DNA of 64,000 bases, from the NCBI GenBank assembly GCA_965205075.1, contig OZ242036.1:1897318-1961317 (forward strand). Direction: 5' to 3'. Positions 56,946 through 64,000 of this stretch are shown here, piece by piece. A program made the position numbers and the translations under genes. Every line of letters starts with the position of its first letter. Within the stretch, counting starts at the first letter, position 1. Below the pieces are notes generated by a model, which ran no database searches, was not told the origin of the DNA, and saw only the letters and a program-made list of their open reading frames with translations. Source of the DNA: Candidatus Poribacteria bacterium (GTDB taxonomy: Bacteria; Poribacteria; WGA-4E; PCPOR2b).

Positions 56946-57641
56946 ATGGTAAGATCCACTCAAAGCTCAGTAGGTCACCATAACTGGCCCACTTGGGTGG
57001 GCACGGATGAAGCGGGAAAAGGGGATTATTTTGGATCGCTGACGGTAGCCGGTGTATATGTCAATTCCGAAATCCGTGAACTACTACACACACTAGGGGT
57101 CCGTGACGGGAAACAACTCTCCGACTCGCGGGTTAGAAAACTTGCCCAAGAAATGCGGTTGCATTGCGGTGATAATATCTCACAGTTTAGTCTTGAACCA
57201 ACTCGATATAACGAACAGTACGCTGTATTCAGGAAGAGAGGACGAAATCTGAACCACCTCCTTGCATCGTTGCACACTCGGGCGATTCAGGAACTCCTCA
57301 AGCGTGTGGATTGTCGTTACATCCTTGTAGACCGTTTCGCTAAAGAGGAAGTATTAGAAACGGAGTTGCAGGTTGCTTTGAATCCCCACATTAAATTGCT
57401 GCAAATGCCGAAGGCGGAGAGTGATATTGCTGTCGCTGCTGCATCAATTATTGCACGGGACATTTTTCTTCAACAACTAGAACAGCTTTCTAATAAATAT
57501 CACATCCAATTACCCAAAGGTGCGTCGCAAGTAATTGAGGTAGGTAAACAGTTTGTTAAGCGGCACGGGGCTGAATCATTGCGGCATGTCGCTAAGCTGC
57601 ACTTTCGGACAACAACGGACATTTTAGGAAACAAGCAGTAA
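56946..57641 (+). CDS. Type-2 RNase H with an RNase HIII-like catalytic core, lacking the N-terminal substrate-binding domain
   Basis: GTDEAGKGDYFGSLTVAGV (the HIII-type 'GDYFG' variant of the DEAG motif) and DGKQLSDSR. Only about 20 aa precede the catalytic motif. Confidence 0.65.
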   Translation: MVRSTQSSVGHHNWPTWVGTDEAGKGDYFGSLTVAGVYVNSEIRELLHTLGVRDGKQLSDSRVRKLAQEMRLHCGDNISQFSLEPTRYNEQYAVFRKRGRNLNHLLASLHTRAIQELLKRVDCRYILVDRFAKEEVLETELQVALNPHIKLLQMPKAESDIAVAAASIIARDIFLQQLEQLSNKYHIQLPKGASQVIEVGKQFVKRHGAESLRHVAKLHFRTTTDILGNKQ

Positions 57642-57661
57642 ACTAAAAGCACAATAGCACG

Positions 57662-59167
57662 GTGGAGAACGTTATGTTGACTCGCTTAAAAGTTTCTGGC
57701 TTCAAAAACCTTGTTGGTGTTGATGTTCCCTTGGGACCCTTTACTTGTGTTGCCGGTGCGAATGGCACGGGCAAATCGAATCTGTTTGATGCAATTCAGT
57801 TTCTCAGTGCCTTAGCCGATCATACCTTGGTTGATGCAGCCCAATCGGTGCGCAGTGAGGAAGGAAGGACAAGCGACGTACGTAATCTATTTCATCGTAC
57901 TGGCGATACAGATACCAGGGAGATGTCCCTTGAAGCTGAGATGATAATCTCGGAAGAAGGAGTGGATGATTTAGGACAGCAGGCAAAAGCCACAACAACG
58001 CTTCTCCGTTATCGTGTTGTGCTCGCATATCGTGTGGATGACAACCTCCCTTTATTAGGAAACCTCGAGCTTATTGAAGAAAGGCTTGAGCACCTGAAAT
58101 TGAGCGATTGGGGAAAACACCTGAAATTCGCTGACCATAGAATAGACTGGCGCGATTCCGTACTAAAAGGTATGAGAAGGGTGCCTTTCATCTCCACTAG
58201 GATCCAAGGAGGGGATCGAGTAATAAAGGTGCACCAAGACGGGAGCAGGGGTACTAGACCCCAAACCACTCTATCCAAACCCCTTCCACGCACTGTACTT
58301 TCTACTATCAACACCGCAGAGAATCCGACAGCACTGTTAGCGCGCCGTGAAATGCAGTCTTGGCGATTATTGCAACTGGAACCGTCCTCGCTGCGTGAAC
58401 CTGATGAATTCACAACGCCCCCCGTCTTAGGGAGTGATGGCTCTCATCTACCAGCAACTTTGTATCAGCTAGCACGATCTCAAAAAAATACAAACCCAGT
58501 CTCTAAAAAGGAGGGGGACACTTGGATATATGACCAAGTCGCTGCTCGGTTATCAGAACTGATTGACGATGTTGCAACGGTCAGGATAGACAGAGATGAA
58601 CGGCGTGAGCAGCTCACGTTGGAAGTCGTACACCAAAACGGCACAGTTTATCCGGCGCGCACGCTTTCGGACGGAGCGTTACGCTTTTTGGCACTTTCGG
58701 TTTTAGAATCGGACCCAAAAGCAACTGGTCTCATCTGCATGGAGGAACCGGAAAATAGTATTCATCCATCACGCATTCCCCTAATCCTAGGGTTGCTTCA
58801 GAATATCGCTACCGATGTGACTATCCCTGTTGGATTGGATAACCCGCTACGTCAGGTAATCATTAGTACACATTCCGCCTCTGTTATACAAGAAATTTTC
58901 GATGATACGCTGTTGATTGCAGAATTAGCAGAGGAGGAACCGGATAGTCAACACTCCAATAGGGCGCGTTTTAGCTGGCTATCAGACACCTGGCGAGTAA
59001 CAGTCCTGCCGGAGGTTCCCCCTGTATCCAAAGATCAGCTGTTGGCTTATCTTGGACCTATTATCCCCAGAACACCGCCACCGAAATCAAAATTACCAAG
59101 AAACCAACGGGTTATAGACCGATCTGATATACAGCCGCTACTATTTGATTTCAGTGATACCGAATGA
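57662..59167 (+). CDS. AAA_15/ABC-type (OLD/RecF-like) ATPase with a DUF3696-like C-terminal region
   Basis: Walker A GANGTGKSNLFDAI, Walker B/D-loop CMEEPENSIHP and H-loop ISTHS. Start may be 57674. Confidence 0.65.
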   Translation: MENVMLTRLKVSGFKNLVGVDVPLGPFTCVAGANGTGKSNLFDAIQFLSALADHTLVDAAQSVRSEEGRTSDVRNLFHRTGDTDTREMSLEAEMIISEEGVDDLGQQAKATTTLLRYRVVLAYRVDDNLPLLGNLELIEERLEHLKLSDWGKHLKFADHRIDWRDSVLKGMRRVPFISTRIQGGDRVIKVHQDGSRGTRPQTTLSKPLPRTVLSTINTAENPTALLARREMQSWRLLQLEPSSLREPDEFTTPPVLGSDGSHLPATLYQLARSQKNTNPVSKKEGDTWIYDQVAARLSELIDDVATVRIDRDERREQLTLEVVHQNGTVYPARTLSDGALRFLALSVLESDPKATGLICMEEPENSIHPSRIPLILGLLQNIATDVTIPVGLDNPLRQVIISTHSASVIQEIFDDTLLIAELAEEEPDSQHSNRARFSWLSDTWRVTVLPEVPPVSKDQLLAYLGPIIPRTPPPKSKLPRNQRVIDRSDIQPLLFDFSDTE

Positions 59168-59186
59168 CAGGACTTCGACGAGGGTT

Positions 59187-60350
59187 ATGAAAAATCTATT
59201 TCTGGTGCACTACGGTGAGATTGGATTAAAACGCGGAAACCGCTCCTATTTTGAAAAGAAACTCGCTCAAAATATAAAGCTGGCATTGAAGGGCATGGGA
59301 TGTGCAGAGGTGCGGCGCATATATGGACGGATTCTGGTGATGCTGCACCCCGAAGCGGATGTTGCAGCGGTCCAAGAGCGGTTGGGCAAGGTTATGGGGA
59401 TTGCTCATTTTGAACTTGTTCTCGCAGCAGAACTGACCATTGATGCGATTCAGGATGCGGCATTGGAACTGGTCAAGGATCAGCAGTTCAAGACGCTTAA
59501 AGTTGAAACGAAACGGGCAAACAAACGGTTTCCGCTCACTTCGCCTGAGATTAGTGCTGCGGTAGGAGCGCATCTACTCCGCGCAACCGGCACATCAGCA
59601 GATATGCATACGCCTGACTTGCGCTGTAACATTGAAATTGTCGACGAAGCAGCATATATCTATGTGGAAAAACTTCGAGGGGTTGGCGGGCTGCCTGTTG
59701 GTGCGAGCGGGAAGGTCCTCGTTATGCTCTCTGGCGGGATTGATTCGCCGGTCGCCGCTTGGCGGATGATGAAACGTGGTGTCAAGGCACTTTTCATCCA
59801 CTTTTACAGCTATCCCTACACAGACAGAGCATCACTTGAGAAGGTAGAGGAACTCGCAGAGATCTTGGCGACCTGGAACTATCGGACACAGGTTTTCCTT
59901 ATCCCATTCGCAGAAGTCCAGCAGGAAATTGTAACCCAAACCCCCGCTCCGTTTCGGGTCATCCTTTATCGTCGAATGATGGTACGTATTGCGCAGCAGA
60001 TCGCAGCGGCTGCGAGAGCGGAGTGTCTAGTTACTGGTGAGAGTCTTGGGCAGGTCGCCTCACAAACGTTGCGCAATCTTCGCGTGATCGAGGAGGTTGC
60101 GGAGATTCCTATTTTGCGTCCGCTGATTGGCGACGATAAAGCGGAGATTATGGACTTGGCGGAGCAGATCGGGACCTTTGAGATTTCGACGCTGCCTCAT
60201 GATGACTGCTGTTCGCTGTTTGTTCCTCAACATCCAGCGACTAACGCATCGCTTGAAGCGGTTCAAGAGGCGGAGGCAGCTCTAGACATAGACGCGCTTG
60301 TGAAGCTAGCGGTGGAGTCGGTCGAAAAAAAGATAGTCGTCAGTCATTAG
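59187..60350 (+). CDS. thiI: tRNA 4-thiouridine synthase ThiI (THUMP plus PP-loop)
   Basis: PP-loop SGGIDSPVAAW and THUMP N-terminus. About 388 aa. Confidence 0.8.
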   Translation: MKNLFLVHYGEIGLKRGNRSYFEKKLAQNIKLALKGMGCAEVRRIYGRILVMLHPEADVAAVQERLGKVMGIAHFELVLAAELTIDAIQDAALELVKDQQFKTLKVETKRANKRFPLTSPEISAAVGAHLLRATGTSADMHTPDLRCNIEIVDEAAYIYVEKLRGVGGLPVGASGKVLVMLSGGIDSPVAAWRMMKRGVKALFIHFYSYPYTDRASLEKVEELAEILATWNYRTQVFLIPFAEVQQEIVTQTPAPFRVILYRRMMVRIAQQIAAAARAECLVTGESLGQVASQTLRNLRVIEEVAEIPILRPLIGDDKAEIMDLAEQIGTFEISTLPHDDCCSLFVPQHPATNASLEAVQEAEAALDIDALVKLAVESVEKKIVVSH

Positions 60351-60375
60351 TTTTGAGCTCTGGCTTTAATTTCTG

Positions 60376-61101
60376 CTATCCGTCTTCTGTAAGAACCGCT
60401 TTCAGTCGTTCCGGATAGTTCGTCAGAATCCCATCAACGCCAATGTCGATGTAGGCTCGCATATCTTCAGGGGTATCCGCGTAGAAGACGTGCACAATTC
60501 GTCCTGCTGCATGTGCTTTTTGGACAAAATCCCGAGTCGTGATGTCCCGTCCCGGTTGCATCGTCCGAAGTCCCAACTCTACCGATTTTTGGATATATTC
60601 TTCAGGAGTGCGGTTTGCACGAAAGATTCGACACTCGATCCGTGAGTCGATTCCGGCAAAAATTCCAACGCTTGCGTCGCTGCATGTCAGAATAGAATCC
60701 TCTACCATTTGAAAATCGCTCAACGCCTTTGCGACCTTGCGTTCGTAGTGTCCGCTTGGATCGCCGCCTTCCTTGAGGTGGACATTCAGCCCAACCTTCC
60801 CCTGCACAAGTGCTAACGCTTCCTCCCATGTCGGTACACGCTCGCCCCGAAACTGTTCGCCAAACGCTATTCCGGCATCAAGGGCTTTGATCTCAGCCAA
60901 CGTGAGATCTGAAATTGCGCCTGTGCCGTCTGTCGTCCGATCCACGGTTGAGTCGTGCATGATGATTAGGTGGTCATCCTTTGTCATATAGAGGTCGAGT
61001 TCAATCTCATCAACGCCAATTTCTAACGCCTTCTGAAAGGCGAGCAGTGTATTTTCGGGGTAGTTTCCTGACGCCCCCCGATGGGCAACATTAGCAACCA
61101 T
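60376..61101 (-). CDS. Glycerophosphodiester phosphodiesterase
   Basis: HRGASGNYPENTLLAF...EIELDLYMTKDDHLIIMHD GDPD motifs. Confidence 0.8.
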   Translation of the reverse strand: MVANVAHRGASGNYPENTLLAFQKALEIGVDEIELDLYMTKDDHLIIMHDSTVDRTTDGTGAISDLTLAEIKALDAGIAFGEQFRGERVPTWEEALALVQGKVGLNVHLKEGGDPSGHYERKVAKALSDFQMVEDSILTCSDASVGIFAGIDSRIECRIFRANRTPEEYIQKSVELGLRTMQPGRDITTRDFVQKAHAAGRIVHVFYADTPEDMRAYIDIGVDGILTNYPERLKAVLTEDG

Positions 61102-61257
61102 TTGTTATTCCTCTTGAATCAACAGTGAAAATTTGCTAAAGTGATTGACATCTTCCTGTTATCAGAAACAGGTAGAATCGTAACACAAGCAAAAATTCAG
61201 GTCAATCCAAAAATGGTCTGAGACGGCTGGAGACTGATTGTAACGGAAGGAGATTTT

Positions 61258-62283
61258 ATGGATGAAATGTGTCTAAAGACGATTCTAGAAGGGTTTCGAG
61301 AGCGAAAGATTTTGGTTGTCGGGGATTTTTATCTCGACGCATATTGGATAGTTGATAAAACGAAATCAACCTTGTCGCTAGAGACTCCTTGGCATACAAA
61401 TCCTGTCGTCGAGCAACGCTACAGTCCAGGTGCGGCGGGGACTGTTACCAACAACCTTGCCGCGCTAGAGGTCGGGGAAATTTACACGTTGAGTGTGATC
61501 GGTGAAGATGGATTCGGTAGTACCTTGCTGGAACGTTTAGAAGCCAACGGTTGTATCACAGATTTTATGATTACTGCTCCGGATCGGGTTACCCCCACCT
61601 ATCTAAAACCCATCCATCGCGGATATGAAGGGCTTGAAACGGAAGGGCCCCGATTTGATATTGAGAACCAATCTATGATGCGGTCTGAGGTGGAGGATAG
61701 AGTGATTCGCGCGCTTCGTGAATGTGTGCTACAAGTGGAAGGGATCATTGTTGGAGATCAGATGCCCCATGATAATTGGGGAGTGGTAACAGATCAGGTG
61801 CGATCAGAAATCTGCCAACTTGCTGTGGAGTTTCCCGACAAAATCTTTTTTGTGGATTCTCGGACACGGATCGGAAAGTACCATCATGTCATTATCAAAC
61901 CGAACCGATTTGAGGCGAAACGCGCAGTCGATCCGGATTGGACCGAAGAAGAAGTCGATATAGAGGAGGCAAAGCGATGCGGGCAGATTTTAATGGAACG
62001 GACCAAGAAACCGCTTTTTGTAACGGTTGGTCCGAAGGGCATCTTGGTATTTCACAACGGACAGGTCGAACATGTACCGGGCATCCCACTCGAATCGGAA
62101 CTCGATCCGGTGGGAGCGGGGGATAGCGTTTCTGCAGCGGTTATTGCGACACTTTGCGGTGGTTTCAGCCACATTGAAGCGGCACAGGTCGGAAACCTTG
62201 TCGCATCGGTTACCGTTACTAAAATCGGGACAACCGGCACCGCTTCACACACTGAAGTGATCGAGCGATTCGGAGAGATCTGA
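61258..62283 (+). CDS. PfkB-family sugar kinase resembling the HldE/RfaE kinase domain
   Basis: KILVVGDFYLDAYW (compare ILVVGDVMLDRYW of RfaE domain I) and C-terminal GAGDSV. Confidence 0.6.
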   Translation: MDEMCLKTILEGFRERKILVVGDFYLDAYWIVDKTKSTLSLETPWHTNPVVEQRYSPGAAGTVTNNLAALEVGEIYTLSVIGEDGFGSTLLERLEANGCITDFMITAPDRVTPTYLKPIHRGYEGLETEGPRFDIENQSMMRSEVEDRVIRALRECVLQVEGIIVGDQMPHDNWGVVTDQVRSEICQLAVEFPDKIFFVDSRTRIGKYHHVIIKPNRFEAKRAVDPDWTEEEVDIEEAKRCGQILMERTKKPLFVTVGPKGILVFHNGQVEHVPGIPLESELDPVGAGDSVSAAVIATLCGGFSHIEAAQVGNLVASVTVTKIGTTGTASHTEVIERFGEI

Positions 62284-62581
62284 TTTTTGATGGAAGATTT
62301 CCCTTGAACAGTCCATACAGAAATGATATACTTATGCTATGTATAGTATATAGAGCTTACACAAATTTGGCACACGGGGGTAGATTTTTGATTTTTAACC
62401 CCCTAAATTCCCCTTATCAGGGGGACTTACGAACGCGCTGCGTAAGTCCTAGTATATTGAAAAACGACGGTTTTGAGGAGGAAGAATTTAAACATTTTGG
62501 AATTCGTAGCATAAAGCACAAGTAAGTCCACCAACGGGTGAAGAATCGTCAGCTTTCGTACTGCACGCAAAGGAGACATGG

Positions 62582-64000
62582 ATGAGAGAGACAATCAGCA
62601 TAAGAGGTGCAAGGGAGAACAATCTACAAGACATCACCATCGACATACCCCGAAATAAATTGGTGGCTGTCACGGGGCTTAGTGGTTCCGGAAAATCGTC
62701 GCTTGCGTTTGAAACGGTTTATGCCGAAGGGCAGCGTCGTTTCCTAGAGTCGATGTCTACCTATGCCAAACGCTTCGTCGCACAGTTAAAGAAGCCGGAC
62801 GTTGATTTTGTTGATGGATTGTCCCCTGTTGTTTCGATTGAACAGAAGACAATTACCATGAATCCGCGCTCAACCGTGGGAACGATGACTGATCTCTATG
62901 ATTATATGCGGATGCTATTTGCCACGATTGGGATCTCCCACTGCCCCTATTGCAGCACTGAAGTTCCAACCCGAACCCCCTATCAGTTGATGGAGCATCT
63001 ACTCTCATTGCCAGCGGGGACTGAAGTTGAGATTTACACACCGGTCTTTAAGATCTACGGCGAAGATTATCCCTACCTCTTTGATGATGTTCGTCTGAAG
63101 GGATGCCGCAGGGTTCGGATTAATGGTGATTTGCACGACTTGAGTGAAGAGATCGAGCTAGAGGAACAGGTGGAGTACAACATTCAAGCTATCATCGACA
63201 GGTTTGTCATCAAGCCCGATATTGACAAACAGATTCTTGCTGCGCTCGACCACGCTATGCTCGTCGGCGAAGGATTTATGAGTTTCCACATCCTGAGTAC
63301 CGACATAGCTGATAAAGACATCAATGCCTTCTACAAAGATTTTGGCTGTCCTGAACATCGTATCGTTATGGGCGAATTGGGACCGCACCACTTCACCTTC
63401 AACGAACCGACTGGTGCTTGTGTCACCTGCTCTGGATTGGGCACTTACCTCCAAGTTCATCCCGACCTGCTGGTTCCAGACAAAACTCGAAGCATCGTGG
63501 AAGGGGCATTCGTGAAGCAAGCCTTTAATTACGATCCTGACCGTTGGGATGGTCGGATGATGTATAGCCTCGCACAACAGTATAACTTTAGCCTTGACGC
63601 GCCCTTCAAAGATCTTCCCGACGAGGTCATCGATCTCATATTCTACGGAACGAGAGGGGAGAAGATTACGATTGTCATGCCGGAAGGCGCGAAGCAGATG
63701 ACACACCATCATGTTGGCAGAGAGTTTCAGTTTGATGGCATTATCAATCGGATCGATCGGCACTATCGGCACTACCGCAAGCGCGGGGAAGCACATTCGG
63801 GAATGGAGGAGTATCTACGGAAGGTGATGGTCGAACACACCTGCCCTGATTGCGATGGCAGCAAGCTGAAGAGACAGCGACTCCTGGTCACTATCAACGA
63901 TAAACATATTCATGAATTAGGTGATATACACCTTGAAGAATTGAAGGTTTTTCTGGATGGAATCACATCGATCCCAGAGCAGAAAAGAGAAGCGGGAACA
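62582..64000 (+). CDS. uvrA: Excinuclease ABC subunit A (3'-truncated by the window end)
   Basis: [57 protein letters not shown] matches the UvrA N-terminus. AGGAG RBS. The frame is open to nt 64000. Confidence 0.85.
   Translation, partial: MRETISIRGARENNLQDITIDIPRNKLVAVTGLSGSGKSSLAFETVYAEGQRRFLESMSTYAKRFVAQLKKPDVDFVDGLSPVVSIEQKTITMNPRSTVGTMTDLYDYMRMLFATIGISHCPYCSTEVPTRTPYQLMEHLLSLPAGTEVEIYTPVFKIYGEDYPYLFDDVRLKGCRRVRINGDLHDLSEEIELEEQVEYNIQAIIDRFVIKPDIDKQILAALDHAMLVGEGFMSFHILSTDIADKDINAFYKDFGCPEHRIVMGELGPHHFTFNEPTGACVTCSGLGTYLQVHPDLLVPDKTRSIVEGAFVKQAFNYDPDRWDGRMMYSLAQQYNFSLDAPFKDLPDEVIDLIFYGTRGEKITIVMPEGAKQMTHHHVGREFQFDGIINRIDRHYRHYRKRGEAHSGMEEYLRKVMVEHTCPDCDGSKLKRQRLLVTINDKHIHELGDIHLEELKVFLDGITSIPEQKREAGT

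Noticed and set aside
62304-62525. 73-aa ORF between hldE-like and uvrA
   Set aside because: It overlaps the GC-rich hairpin cluster and has no RBS, so it is more likely non-coding.
63158-63796. 212-aa ORF on the minus strand
   Set aside because: It lies entirely antisense to the clearly recognisable uvrA reading frame, so it is a shadow ORF.
1-64000. CRISPR arrays, tRNA or rRNA genes, transposases and integrases
   Set aside because: No regularly spaced short repeats, no tRNA-like GTTCGAATCC T-arm contexts, and no transposase or integrase-like ORFs were seen by eye. A tRNAscan or Infernal run would be needed to exclude small RNAs formally.

Overview
The window is a bacterial chromosomal segment of about 50% GC with no rRNA, tRNA, CRISPR array or transposase that I could see. 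Housekeeping genes are interleaved with accessory-looking islets.

Recognisable core genes:
- Partial 5' PaaI-type thioesterase, nadB, rpmB (L28), relA/spoT and recJ.
- An OmpR-type regulator followed by a FadL/PorV-like outer-membrane protein and a 650-aa polytopic membrane protein.
- A ferredoxin-type sulfite reductase with a fused C-terminal TusA-like domain.
- moeB/thiF, an Asp-box beta-propeller, an aminotransferase, thrB, obg, proB, a peroxiredoxin and a glutaredoxin-like gene.
- An OTCase-family transcarbamylase and an archaeal-type thrC.
- livG/livF, then (about 7 kb away) livK/livH/livM and a Na+:alanine symporter.
- A Gfo/Idh/MocA oxidoreductase and a SelA/DgaE-like PLP enzyme.
- rplU-rpmA, an RNase E/G homologue, and a REC-PglZ (PorX-like) regulator with its histidine kinase.
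- A beta-helix lipoprotein, a minimal RNase HIII, an AAA_15/ABC-type ATPase, thiI, a glycerophosphodiester phosphodiesterase, an hldE-like kinase and the 5' part of uvrA.

Most notable observations:
1. A ~125-bp direct repeat pair at 38942-39078 and 42303-42428 brackets livKHM. Each copy carries a promoter, a 5' terminator-like hairpin with a U-tract, and the last ~17 codons of the upstream lipoprotein gene. Each copy sits directly upstream of an amino-acid transporter gene. This looks like a shared attenuator-type leader and a footprint of segmental duplication.
2. A 917-aa P-type ATPase homologue in which all four catalytic signature motifs are degenerate (TGES, DKTGT, TGD, GDGxND), which argues for a pseudo-ATPase.
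3. A decayed toxin-antitoxin islet at 16.2-18.1 kb (DUF2283, an orphan antitoxin-like pair, a cysteine-less MqsA/YgiT-like protein, an unknown 272-aa protein and a truncated VapC), plus an intact BrnA-type antitoxin beside a frameshifted BrnT pseudogene at 20.8-21.4 kb.
4. A transcarbamylase whose ornithine-binding SMG motif is replaced by DME.
5. An RNase HIII catalytic core next to an OLD/ABC-like ATPase.

Everything here is read from the sequence and the ORF track. No database search was run, so family assignments come from motif recognition and are hedged accordingly.
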